A DNA stretch of 64,000 bases from Isurus oxyrinchus (Eukaryota): the NCBI GenBank assembly GCA_026770705.1, contig JANJGN010000038.1, positions 11,532,001-11,596,000 of the forward strand. Direction: 5' to 3'. Position 1 is the first letter of the stretch. Each line of letters begins with the position of its first letter. The notes below the pieces were generated by a model. The model did not search any database. It had not been told where the DNA came from and saw only the letters and a list, made by a program, of their open reading frames with translations. Both the position numbers and the translations under genes were made by a program. Shown piece by piece: positions 36,101 to 48,605 of the stretch.

Positions 36101-39100
36101 AGTGTAGTGGAATGCTCCTCCCTTGCTTGGATGGGTGCAGCTCCCAGAACGCTCAAGAAGCTTGACACCATTCAGAGCAATGCACCTCGCTGGATTGGTA
36201 GCACATCCAAAAATATTTACACACTCCACCACTGTTGCATAGTAGCACCAGTGGGTTGCATCTCCAAGATGCACTGCAGGAACTCATCAAGGCTCTTTCA
36301 GCTGCACGTTCAAACCCCGACCACTACCATCTAGAAGGAGAAGGGGAGCAGACAGATGTGACCGCCACCAAACGGAAGTTCCCCTTCAAGTCATTCACCA
36401 TTTTGACTTGGAAATATATCGCCGTTCCTTCACTGTCGCTGGGCCAAAATCCTGGAATTCCCTTCAGAGCAGCACTCTGGGTGCACCTACACCCCGAAGA
36501 CTGTAGCAGTTCAAGAAGGCAGCTCAGCACCACCTTCACAAGGGCAACTAGTGATGGGTAATAAATGCTGGTCCAGCCAACGAAGCACATTTCCCATGAA
36601 TGGATAATAATAACACATATTGCATGTTCGCTTTCTCTAGATTGTGTACTCGAGCACCCAAATTATGAAAATTTACAATTTTTACCAGTTTCTCGCCTGT
36701 TTAAACGCTGGATGAGGATAGAATGAACCTCGTCTGTGTTATTATCTCAGGGAATCTGAAGGTTCTGGTGCAATATTAACACAGGGCTTTGATGCGTGTG
36801 TAAATTAATATGTGAGATAATTCATAAAATTAATGGTCCTGGCCTCCCATTTGGTGGCGATACTCGGATAATCAGCACTGATTGTAAATGTTATTAAAGC
36901 CCTATCTTTTTCCACCCTTGCAGCTTGTTTTTCTTGCCTACGTAGCGGGGAGGGGGAGATGAGGTGTGTATGACATGCGTAGATGGCGGGTGATCAGCAG
37001 TTGGGATTGGGATGGGTGAGTAGTTAACCTGCTTTGCAGTCGGTTGGGGGTTGAATGGACGGGCGATGGTTAGTGAGAGCTGTGCAAGTGGATCGACGGG
37101 AAGGCAATCGAGTCAGATTAGATATTCTGGGGTCAGCAGTTGGGGGTGTTGTGGGTTGCTGTGTGTGGGATGAATGTGGGAGTTCTGTAGGTGGGGGTTG
37201 GGCGTGCATGGGCTTTGCTTGAAAGTTATTCACTGACACATGCTAGAAATTAATAGCGGGAAAATACTACGCCAAGCATCTGTCACACAACAGGCACAAC
37301 AGTCCAAAACTAAAGGCAGTATTGGAGTCATTGTTAGAGGGGCCTGGGCAATACAAATCTGCCCATCTGAAGTTTAAAGTTCATGGGAAATTACCATGCA
37401 TGCTCCTGGATCAAGATTTCAGATGGGTCCTGATATGCAGAGCGGCAGACATTGCAATATTCACCACTGTTGGCATCAGGAGTTCCGGTTAATGATATAG
37501 TCAGTATTAATTTCACGGCAATGGACTCCAGACACCAGCTGCAGAAAGAGGGAAATTGCACAAGAGCGAAATGGAGATCAGGTCAAAGAAGGCTGGCTTA
37601 GGGCGAATAACAATAAAGAACACATTTTAAGAATTATCTTAAAGGATGATAAGTTTGTGGCGAGGACAAAGGATTTAGGAGGAAATTCAGAACATGAAAC
37701 TCTTAATATTTCATTGTGGTCACCCATGACAAAGGCTGCAGACATGTCGAGAAAAGGGAAGAGAGGCAGCTCGACATTAGCAGAGTCACATCAGATATAA
37801 TTTGTGCCTTTGCTAAGGACGGTGTAAGAGTTGTAATAAGGTAGAAAAATGGTTAGAAAGATTTAAGCATGGTGTCCCTGGAAGATGGGGCAGAAACGTG
37901 GGGGGTAGCAGCAGGGACAAGGAATTTGTAGAGGAAAGAGAGGTTAGAGATGGACTGTTTGCTTACAAGGACTGAGGCAACAGGGGTTGCTTATTTACAA
38001 GGGCAGGGGTAATGACTACAGAATGGAGCAGCAAAGAACAGTAGCTAAGCAGATGGAACTATTAATTATATCAGCAACTGAGGAACATGATGAGGAAGTT
38101 CGGTGTTCAGCAGTTTGGTGGGAGTACGGTGAACCAGTCCCCACCAGCAGCCGCCCCTCCGCCCACATCCTACACCATGCCTCCCATCAACCCAATCAAA
38201 CGCCTGGAAATCTCGCATCTGAAACATAATGGAACTCTCACTACTCATCAGTATGGTTATCAGAGCAACACCCAATAAATAGAATCACGTTCAATAATGG
38301 AATAGATTTTCCATCAGTGTCCGTCCATCATTAAACTTGCTATTTCTCCACCTCCACCTCTGTGGATGCAGGAAGAATGTCTACAGAATCAACTACAACA
38401 ACACACCGGGGCTACTTCGACAGCACGTACCAGCACAGCAAAATGCAGAAGGTGTGCAATGCCGTGAGATTCACCTTCTCTAACGCACCATCCTGACTTG
38501 GAACGGTAACCTCTCCCTTCATCAGCGTTCCGGAATTCCCTAACAGCAGGTAGGAGCACAGTCAGCAGAGGGAATACTTCAGCTCAGCAAGAAGACTCAG
38601 CACCAACTTCTCAGCTCACTTCCGGATGGGTAATAAATGGAAGTTTGTCACAAGAATCCATTTCCCAAGGACACATTTTGAAAATAAAAAAACTTTGGGA
38701 GGGGGATAATGATTTGCAGCTCTAAATAACGTCATGCAGAGACAAGGGAAGGAAATTAAGTCTATGGTCAGAAATGGGAACGGAGCCAATTTTTGGTGAG
38801 GGGAGCAAATATTGTTGAACAATTATTACATTTTGAATTCTCTCCTAAATATCTAAATTTGGTTATTGTTAGGCAAAGCGGGAGATGGTGGAATGGAATT
38901 TGCCTGGAGCTGAATTATTATGTGAGATCTTCCCTCGTTCCTGTCTGCCCTAATTTCCGCAGATCAGGGCAAATTACTATCTGCATCGCACTGCAAAACC
39001 AATACCTGCGCAACATATTCTGCTCAGATATTGGGGTTCAGTTTAAACAGCAGACTGCAGCTGTTCAATAGATATAATTCATCACTAATATTTATTGCGT

Positions 39101-39449
39101 AAAATATTACACCAGCCAAATTCTGAAGAAAAAAGTCACTTGAAGCAAGTCTTGAGATGTACAAACGGTCCAATGAACTGTGAACAGTGAATCAGCAACT
39201 GCTGAAATGCTACTTCACAGAAGCACAGGGCATTACATGTCACAGGACACAAAAATTACAGAGAATAAAATTAATTAACTCACGTTAAGGGCAAGGACAA
39301 CAAACATGGTGAAAGATGTTTTATAAAATAAGTTTCCAAAATAATCACTCACCAGGAATGCCAACAGCAGCGAGGAGCGGAAAGTAAATCCTTTGCAAAT
39401 CATAAATCACCCAGACAATCCGAAGTGCAGTTGGAATTTCAAAGAACAT
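33187..39449 (-). pseudogene. GPR139-like two-exon GPCR pseudogene (exon 1 39449-39353, exon 2 34082-33187)
   Basis: Exon 1 MFFEIPTALRIVWVIYDLQRIYFPLLAAVGIP g|gtgagt. Acceptor ccttacag|tg aac. Exon 2 VNILTIVTLSPGRCGLSKC...DCSVWFTVSFTFDRFLAIC...DPQMEKRRKSIILLF...QLLSCCTNTAIYAVTQ...KYPFSVIVKFIKQ*. Three frameshifts at ~33795 (A8 run), ~33308 and ~33248. Confidence 0.92.
35385..36605 (+). mobile_element. Second-family non-LTR retrotransposon (L2/CR1 group), RT + 3' tail, inside the GPCR intron
   Basis: VRVAPLDMKATFRRVWH, PQGTVLGPTIFSCFINDL, MFATD (FADD equivalent), KAQVRSVVECSSLAWMGA; tail gggcaactagtgatgggtaataaatgctgg. Confidence 0.9.
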
Positions 39450-40009
39450 GATCTCATTTGCTGTGAGATCCAATGATCGCTGTTTATACTGGCAACCACA
39501 CTCTGTCAAACACCCATATACACATTGAAAACATTGCCTAGATATAGGCGGAGGAGAGTCCTGGTGATTCAATTAAACAATACACTGGCTGGCATTAATT
39601 ACAGTCACTTAACAAACAAGATGCCTTAACCCTTTCATCCCATCACTTTGTATGGAAAAAATATACTAAAATCTGCATGGCATTCCTATTCAAAGCAAGC
39701 ACGTGACGTCAGCCACTTTTGTGATAAACAGGTTACGGAATTCTGCAGGCTTGCAGCACAGATAAGAAAAGAAAAACAGACTCAAATCCAGAGCTTTGAT
39801 TATTCCGGAGATAAAATGCTGCCAAACAATTTCATGGTTTCAATTAATTTCTCAGGGGGTGAACACAAGTGCCAGAGTATGGACAGAAGCAGTAACTGTC
39901 CAAAAGGATGCATAGTTGATCATTGTGTAGTGATCAGAAAGGGAAATAGTAGACTGATGATTTGAAACTGCTTGGTTTAACAGTAAACGTAAAACTGATG
40001 CTATGAATC

Positions 40010-40560
40010 AACAATTACCATGGAAATGATATGAGAGTTTAACTTTAAAGCTGACCTGGAAAATGATGCCCCGTTGTAACTAAACCCTGTAATTGAAATC
40101 CATGGAATATTAGTGTCCATGTGAATGACACTACACAATCTAAAATGACTTTGTACCTGACACCACGGACTTACAGTGACCATGCAACTAATACCTGGTC
40201 ATACAGTGCTCATTTGAATTATGCATAAGTCCATCAGTGGGCTTCCTACAGATACTGTTGTCAAACGGTGACCATGGGATTGAAATATAGTATCCTATTC
40301 GCCTTGTACCCGAAACTTCGCTGTAACTGATAATCGAGTACAACAGTGACGTTGTAACTGATATCCCGATCTTACATTGACCATGTACATGACATTCCAG
40401 TCTATCAGTGCTATTCTAACTGATAATTCAGTCTAACAGTGGCTTTGTACCGGATACCCCAATTTGAACGTGAACATGTACCTGACGCCCCGGTCTAACT
40501 GTGACTTTGGAACTGGTATACCAGTTTAATAGTAAATTTGTACCTGATACTGCGGTGAAA
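40010..40560. repeat. Degenerate ~31-bp tandem repeat (minisatellite), ~17 units
   Basis: Consecutive 31-mers gtgacgttgtaactgatatcccgatcttaca / ttgaccatgtacatgacattccagtctatca / gtgctattctaactgataattcagtctaaca / gtggctttgtaccggataccccaatttgaac / gtgaacatgtacctgacgccccggtctaact. Confidence 0.85.
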
Positions 40561-41159
40561 AATTCACCTTCTGTTACCCATGGCTAGTGTCATAATTCAG
40601 CTGATTTTCAATCCAATTGTTAGTTTTAGGAATTAAAGATTTAACTGTAGGCAGTGGGGATATCTGGTGGCAAAAACTGGTAAAAGCAGCCGTAACTTAA
40701 ATGCAATTTAACCAACTTTGAAGTTTATTATTCTTAAAAGTTTGGAACCATGTTGACTTAAGAGGCTCACAGCTAAAATTACAAGATCATGATAATGTGG
40801 GCGCTTTTAATTAGCTAACGACAAGGAGGCAGGATCTTTGAAGTTATTCCAGTAAATAAAAAGCTTGTTACGTCGTTTCCCAAGGTTAAGGTAAGTTTTG
40901 GAGCTAACAGGTAGTTAAATTGCATTTCTCAGTGGTAACAGACCTTGTGTATCACTTGAGGATCGGTGAAGCTCAGTTGAGATTTTAGAACAAGGTGGAG
41001 TGAAGGAAACGTATTTGTCATCAGAATTCAGTTCAAATTCTGGGTGTTTGCTTAAAGAATTAAATCTTTTGTCATCTTCAGAGTTTTTTCAACGCTGATT
41101 TAAATGTCTGGTTTGGCCAAGCTAAGGGAGCAGAGAAGGAATGATTTATAGATACAACC

Positions 41160-42116
41160 CTCCATAGTCGGAGATGATCACAGCAAGGGGACCCCTGGCT
41201 GGAGGCCGCTACGTCGCCAGAGACAGCGATGTTGAAAGGTGTAGGGGTCCTCCGCCAGTCCGTGGCCTCTCAGTGTTGTTACGGGCTGCCTTCTCCTGAA
41301 AGCACAGAGGAGCATTCATTAGTCCACATCCAACATGCAGCGCCATTACAGCCTGGCGAACACCAGCATTGGGGCGCCTTGCAGGCCACATCCATATCAT
41401 GGCCGGTGATTCACATGGCACTCAGTCAAAGCAGCCAATGCTCAGCAACTTGGCCAGAGCCGGAGTGATTGACAGTTAGGACTCAGGTTCTGACACGCTG
41501 AACTGCATGGGGAGGGCGGCTTGTTCAAAACAATTCCACACACTGACTGATGCCAACACAGCAATCACCTTTTCCGAGTGCAGCAGGTCAATCAAACGCC
41601 TCTGGCACTGCACCCAGGTGTGCCTTATGGCTGTTCACCAAGGCTGCCTCTTCCTCCCAATGCTTCTTTGTGAGGTTTGGAGGCGTCCTCCTTCCATCTC
41701 TTCAGACAAGGGTGTCCCTTCCGGCAGCCACCCCCTCCATGAGGTCAGCGAGGCACACCTCAGTAAAACTGGGGGCCGAATGCCCAAATAACATGCCCTC
41801 CAGCCTGGTGTGTGCTGCCACACAGGAGTCTATCTTTGCAACAGCAGACAGAGGTCATTCTCCAGCAGCCTTCCTGGGGCTGCCTGGGCCGTTTTCAAAC
41901 TGGCGGCTGGATCGCCATTGGACCCGGCGGCCGAGAGGCTCCCATCCCCGCTCGGCCCCTCCAACCTGTCACCAGCTGAGTTTCACGCGGGGTGGCCCTT
42001 AATTGACCTGCCAGCGTGAAATCGCTTTCCGGCCCTGATCGCGGGCTGGCAGTCGCATTCCGGAAAGCTCCTGTCCACCTCTCTGTGCCCGTCCGATGAG
42101 GACAAAACTCCTCCCT
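41160..42116 (-). mobile_element. PIF/Harbinger-type DNA transposon remnant encoding a spliced Myb/SANT-like protein
   Basis: GC-rich island. The minus strand reads SAPSFTEVCLADLMEGVAAGRDTLV*RDGRRTPPNLTKKHWEEEAALVNSH..TWVQCQRRLIDLLHSEK|gt, then tttcag|EKAARNNTERPRTGGGP, the Myb/SANT signature of Harbinger ORF1. The putative terminus gggaggagttttgtcc is at ~42116. Confidence 0.75.
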
Positions 42117-45100
42117 TTGACCTAGTGGCCATTGGTAAAATCCCCATCTCTTTCATCATAAACTGCACTCTCTATAGCGTGATGGAGAATTGAGAGTTTA
42201 ATTTGAGTCCATTTTACTTTGGAAATAGGTTCAGACTTCGTGACCTGCTGAGAAACCTATAAGTCCACACCTGGTCTGTGTAATTAGCCTGCCATGTGTG
42301 CAGGAGAGAATGCACCTACTGTCCAACCTGCTGAGTTTCTAGTGGCTCTATGCAGACCAAGCGATGTGGCTTAATTGGTTAATCACCATTTAGATCCGTT
42401 CACTCACACGTTCCACCAATAAAGGCATAATTGCATTCAGATACAGTAAGAGCAAGAAGAGATCTACTGCCCCTCCTCAATACTGTCTCATACAGACAAC
42501 CACACCGGTGAGTAGCTGTTACCCACTCCCAATGACTTCAATCTTCCATTTCACTTGGTGACTCATTGACACAGCGATACCAAAGAGTGGACCTGCAACA
42601 GTCCGGGCTGTGGCCAGGCGTTACTTTCTGCTTATGCACTAGAGTATTCACATTGATAAGAGGTCAAATATCTCTTTGGCGTTTCTGTGGGATTTCAACC
42701 AGCAAATATCACTGCGAAAGGGATATCATGCACCTGTTCCAGCTCTGAGAAGGGCTGTGCATAGTTGCCCTTCACAATGAGACACGAACGTCCTTGAGTA
42801 ATGGGGGGAGGGCACTGGAATATATAGATATATTTTTTCAGAATATCTCTTAGAGAGAAAAAAATGCCTGATCTATAATTTACATCATTATATGACTCTA
42901 GAAAAAAGAGGATATAGAACGTTTTGAAAATTGACTCATGGGAATTTGAAGTCGTTCCTGTGCTGTAAGTTCACTATTGTGTCACATAGTTTGAGCTATC
43001 GAAGTCTTAGAGCAATTTCGGGCCTCAATTAGTTGCTTATCGAAAATATTACAATAGCTTCCAGAAAGAACCTGAATTGGCATCAAATTTGCAAACACAA
43101 AAATAGTTTCAAGCCCCTGGAAGAGTAACGATTGGTGTTTGGAATTAAAATGATTCTAGGATTTATCCAGTTTACTCTTTTTTTTTGAGTGACATGAGTT
43201 GAAAGATGCTGTTCAGAGTCCGGAGATTTGCAAGCATTTTTAAATTATGTAAATTGAGGATTTCCTTCACCATCCATTGCTCCTTGTTCATGCCTCTACT
43301 GGTACCTTCTATTTAACTAACTTAGCCAGCCGTCACGTGTAGCTAATTGTGGACACTGATGTGACTGGTAACTGATCAGTCACTGGACCAAAGAGTAATA
43401 GATAGTCGTTGAGCATGTGACCTTGATATTCATCACCAAGCGGTGTATAAAAGATCAACTTAACACTGTTGTGTGATTGCCTTCTGAAATGTTAGGCATA
43501 AAAGCCTGTGTTTGGGGATCCTTATGGCCTTGGTAACTGCTTGAATGTAAACGTTTGTTAAGTGAATATGAACCTGAACTGTTTGAGGGAACAACTGCAG
43601 CGCCACCACTAGCGATACACGGTGGTGGTGGCATCACGGGTGTATGAGCAATGTTTACTCCCCTCCTCCTTGCACCCTGACAGTGTTGTTGGGTTCTCCA
43701 TTTTGATAGACTGTGCATTAATAAAATAAGTCAAAATAGCAGCCAATGTTCTTGCAGTTTGTCCGCCTCTATTTCCATTTAAAATGACATAAAATATATA
43801 CAGATACATAGGTGTTGATGTCGAAATGCATGTGGTTGTGTGGGTACGTGCATGTTTGCGTGTGTGCAAGCGCGCCTATGTGTGTACGCGTGTGTGTTTG
43901 TTTGTGTAGCGTCTTTGACAAGTGTCTATGCGCATGCCTGCCTGTGTTATTATAGTTCAGAGCTTCAACATTTTTTTTGACCAAGAGTCTGTTTATCTCC
44001 GCCTTGATGCCAGGTCATTTAAATCTGGCTCTTTCTATGCAAGGAGGTGGGAATGTGACACATAAGTTTTCGTTTAACGTTGTGTGGTCTACGGTTAAAC
44101 TATGTCATCAAATAGCAGATGACAAGATTCACTGGAGCAGGAAGCATGACTTGTGCTGCCTGAGAGTAACTGAGAGCTGTTAATTACCTTTGATCATAGA
44201 TCCGTTGGTTTCTCTGACAATAAACTAAGAAGCGGGTATCCAATGACCCCTCCAGCTTGCAGCAGTTATAATCATTCAAAGGATTTCATTATAATTGTTT
44301 AACTTCCTTAACTTCTCCTTGCACTTTTAGAACATAAAAAATTAAACATCTTATTGATTGGAGAATGCTTAGAGGCCTGATTCTTTGTTCCAAATTTCTG
44401 TGAATTTCATGCTGTACGAGTGAAATTTTAACAGAGCAGAAGTTGAAAATTCAAAAGACCTTTACATCTCCTGGATCTTCATCAAGCATCGTAAATACAT
44501 GGAAAGAAAAAATCACGTTTATATCTCTTTCTTAAGATGTTATTTAAACAGATTCTGTATTTTCCTCTAACTCTATCACTAGATTAAAGGAGTGACTATT
44601 CTTCACTAGATACGCCCTTGTCATTAAGCAACCTGGGACACTCTGAACTATTGAAGGACTTTGTATAAGTTCAGAAGGTGCTGTCTCCCAGTAACTATGA
44701 ATGAATAATGAGATGGAATTGTGAAATGAATGTACAGCTTCTTTCCACTAATTGTCAGTTTCTATGCCTTTTTCCCTTTCCTTTGTCTAGGACTCTCCTT
44801 CAATTTATCTCTGTCGATTTGACTCCGTATCTATCCTTAACTCTTTTTTTTCTCATTTGCTCGCCTTGATCTCTCTGTGTGAAGAATATTCTCGCTCTCG
44901 CTCTGGTTAATTAGGCCAGGGTTGTTTCTAGATCGATTATTGCTCTGACATGGAATTCATAGCTGTGCAATGGATTAGCTCCGATTCAATACAATGAAGA
45001 CCAAATCCATCCCTCACTTTTGATTCAGTACTCGGAGGAACATAGTGTTTTTTTGAGTTGCCATTTTGTATCTATAGCTCTCTGTCCGTCTTCGAATTAA

Positions 45101-45499
45101 ATACGTACAGAGAGAAAGGGAAGAGCCAAAAATATGCAGGAGAACAATGTCTTTATGTTTTTATTCTCAGTTCAAACTGGTTAATAACAAAGACTAATCA
45201 ACAGTGTTTGTGAAGCCGTCGCAAGAGGCTTGGATAAGGAGTGTAACGAAGCTTTGCTGCAAATATATAAGATTTTGCTAACAACACATTTGGAGAACTG
45301 TGTTCAGTTTTGGTCCACCTAACTGGGGCTGGGTAGATCTGCCATAGATTGGTGCAACCAGATTCACCAGTCTCATTACAGCACGGAGCCGGAAAGAAGG
45401 GGAGGGGGGCGCTGTGGTGGCGGGGTTGGGGGGGGCGGAGTGGTGGGGGCGGGGAGGGAGGCATTCGACATACACAGTCTTTGCCGGACCTCCGGAGAG

Positions 45500-45810
45500 C
45501 AAACCAGTCAGATCAGCAATATCATCTTCATCTTCTTCTTCATCATCATGAGAACCGAGTCAGCCTGAACCTATCAGGGTCAAGCTGTCTGGCTTAAATT
45601 TCAAACAATTCTTGGCAGTTAACTGTCCTTCGCCATAGGTGGTGCATTATTCAGGGAAATGCCACTTGCCAACCAATCATCATTCTCCTCACATACAGTA
45701 TAAATTGTGCTCCCCCCTCCCATGTATTTTTATTCTTGCGAGTTTCCTGATGAGTGCAGGGTGATAAGCTGAGACCTGTCTCTTTTTCAGAAATACTCAA
45801 GTTCTGTCCG
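45500..45810 (+). mobile_element. Penelope-like element 3' remnant
   Basis: Reverse-complement homologue of 24250-24450, ending ttcttgcgagtttcctgatgagtgcagg...ctcaagttctgt. Confidence 0.6.
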
Positions 45811-46284
45811 AGAAAAAACCGAAGTGTATTCTTTCTGCATTGAATAACAATGCGCAGTGTTGATTGTTATATGAGTATCCATGACACCAATGTTATATTG
45901 GTGTCCATCACACAACTTGCATCTGGTAAGGAACAGCATATATTGGAGTCAATGAAATATTAAAGATCAATTGTGTCTATTAACTAACAAATGCCATTGA
46001 TGTACCTCGATATTGAGGCCGGGCTATAGATATGAATTTGGATTTTTTTAAATTTTGATTCGTTGCCTTTGTTTGTCTGCCCCACCCCTGCCAGCATCGC
46101 ACCTATCGGCTGCTGGAAGACATCAAACTGAGGAAACTTACATTTGCAATTTTTGTGTTGTTTATAAATCTCGGAGTCATACTCATGTGCAGCTAAAAGT
46201 GGTGGTAGGATGTAACAAATGTCTTGAATATACATCACATACTTCCATACAGCATGGAATTCTGACACAGGATACAACTTCAAC

Positions 46285-46366
46285 ATGTCTTCTGATCGCC
46301 AGTGTGTCTCCTGGACAAGAATAATATTCGTCAAAGTGTTCCTTTTCCTCATAAATGTTCAACCAA
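46285..46366 (+). CDS. Probable leader exon of the TCR V segment
   Basis: ATG TCT...MSSDRQCVSWTRIIFVKVFLFLINVQP followed by a|gtaagt. The phase-1 donor fits the V-exon acceptor in frame (…QP-K-YGQQERLSQ) and there is a hydrophobic core. Confidence 0.6.
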
Positions 46367-46833
46367 GTAAGTATTTCATGCGATTGTAACGCTTTTATTT
46401 TGTTAACTGTATTGTTATTTTTCCTCCAATTTTTCTTCACTCCATTGGTGAGGTCAGCTTCCTCGACTTCGCTCACTGGTCAGTGAGTGTTCGTACAGTA
46501 TCTAAATTAGTCACAAGCTGACCTGTCACTGTCTCAGTGGGCCGGAGAAGGGCTTCTCTATTTCCTGCAGAAACGGTAGTCTTGGCTGAACACTGCCAGA
46601 AGAAATTTACACCGATGATGGCCTGGGATCAGTTAACTGAGGGGTGAAATCGCTGAAGCTCCCTGTTTTTGTTGTTGTCTTCACACTCGAAATGCAGTCA
46701 ACCGTTGTATTGAAGGGAATGATTTAACGTGAGCTCGTGTGTGTGCGCGTGTGCGTGTGCATTGGAAAGCCTATTTCGTCCAAATGAAAAAATCTAAAAG
46801 TTGCATTGATAACATTCTGTTATTGTTTTCCAG

Positions 46834-47141
46834 AATACGGCCAACAGGAGAGACTTTCCCAAACACCCTCAATTGTAGCAGTGAGTGAAGGTGATACTGC
46901 GGTGTTGTCATGTATCTACCCAGCGACATACACAGCTGCTTACCTATTCTGGTACGTACAGTACTCGGGAAAAGGCCTTCAGTATATGCTGCTCAGACAC
47001 ACGGCTGGGAATGAAGAGAATGCACCAGCTTTTGCAAAGCGCTTTTCAGCCGTACAGGATAGGAGCAACACAAACATCCCTTTGAACATCACAGACACCC
47101 AGCTCTCTGACTCAGCCGTGTATTACTGCGCGGCTATGAAG
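46834..47141 (+). CDS. T-cell receptor alpha/delta-type variable (V) gene segment, open reading frame
   Basis: Acceptor ttttccag|. Ig V-set domain RLSQTPSIVAVSEGDTAVLSC..YLFWYVQYSGKGLQYML..RFS..LNITDTQLSDSAVYYCAAMK with both canonical Cys, the Trp and the DSAVYYC motif; followed by an RSS. Confidence 0.92.
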
Positions 47142-47180
47142 CACCACGTTACATAAACCCTTACCACTGGTACAAAAACT
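47142..47180 (+). promoter_or_regulatory. V(D)J recombination signal sequence, 23-bp spacer (heptamer CACCACG, nonamer ACAAAAACT)
   Basis: caccacg (47142-47148) + 23 nt + acaaaaact (47172-47180), directly after YYCAAMK. Confidence 0.85.
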
Positions 47181-48239
47181 ATCAGCTCCAGTTGTTGTGA
47201 ATTCTCTGAATTCCCTGCTTCAATCAGCCGTCGCACTGCTGTTATTCCTTTACAGATTTGTGGATCAGTGGTGGCACTCTGGCCTCAGAATCAGAAAATG
47301 TTATTTTAAGTCCCAGTCTGGAGATTGCGTTTTTAATGTAGACTGGCATTTCGGTGTACAACTGTGGGAGCTTTCGAATGTATTGTACTGAAGCACGGTT
47401 TGCTTTCTCTGTTACACATAAATGATTCATTGGCATATTTCAAGAAGGGCATTGCTGGTCTCCCAGTGCCCTGAATTAATACTTCATGCCGGCAGAGCAG
47501 CAGACTCCATCTGAACATGACTTTAATGGTGGAATGTGTTGTCAACATTGGGAAGGGACAAAGATGAAGAAACTACAACCATTTGCATGCGTTTATTCGG
47601 ACAGCAGGCACGTTCTGTTGAAGAGTCATGCGGACTCGAAACAATAACTGTGTTCCTCCTAGCAGATGCTGTCAGAAAAGCTGAGGTTTTTAGATGTATT
47701 TTTATTTTTGATTTCGTTTAATACAAATGCGGCTCATCCCACCATTTGACAGCGAACACACGGTCTGCAGATTCAACATCAATATCTATTGTATAAAATG
47801 GCAAACTGCATTTGATATTCACAAGTCTATAACTTGGTACTCCGCGGTATATCTGTATGTGCAGGAATGGACAGTGTTAAAGTCACACGGATTCTGCTCA
47901 ATAACAGAACAGTTGTGGTGTATCAGTTGTGGGCTACAACATTCAGTTGTGACAGTGAAAACTTCACATTACATATTGAAGAATTTCGATGGGAGGAATA
48001 GAGATAGGAATGCTGGAATGGAAGAACGAAATCAGGAAGGGGAGAGGAAGGATGAAGTTAGGAAGGTGAGTAGGATAGAAGGGAGGAAACTATAGATCTG
48101 CCTGATCTGTTGGTGAACATCTATTCTCAACCAATATAATAAAAAGGGGTGATATCGTCAGGATCATATTGCTGCTTTTTGGGAGCTTGCTGGGCTCAAG
48201 TTTCCTGACGTGCTTCCTAAATTTATTTTATTTGTTTCA

Positions 48240-48605
48240 TAGGATGTCGGCATCGCTGGCAAGACCTGCATAAGCTGTCCATTCCTAAATGTCACTGAGC
48301 TGAATGGCTTGTTAGGGTATTTCATCAAAGGGCAGTCATCAATCAATCTGGAGTCACATAGAGGCCAGACCAGGTAAGGGCGACAGATTTCCTTCCCTGA
48401 AAGATATGAGTGAACCACATGGGTTTTGTGACAATCACTGATAATTCACAGACACGATCATTGAAATGAATTCTCGTTTCAGATTTTGTTAAGTTAATTT
48501 TACCAGCTTTCCGTGGTGGATTTTGAATATGCATCCTCCAAAGATGAGCCTGAATCTCTGAATAATTACTCTAGTGACATTGCTAATAAGCCATTGTCTG
48601 CTCTC
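48240..48605 (-). mobile_element. tRNA-head SINE with LINE-derived 3' tail
   Basis: Same family as 20650-20990. The tail matches the LINE end at 36541-36600. Confidence 0.65.

Noticed and set aside
40010-40560. CRISPR-like regular array
   Set aside because: Units are contiguous and degenerate with no unique spacers; eukaryotic context and no cas genes.
42566-42748. VDLQQSG resembling an Ig VH framework 1
   Set aside because: No correctly spaced Cys/Trp/YYC, no convincing leader and no RSS.
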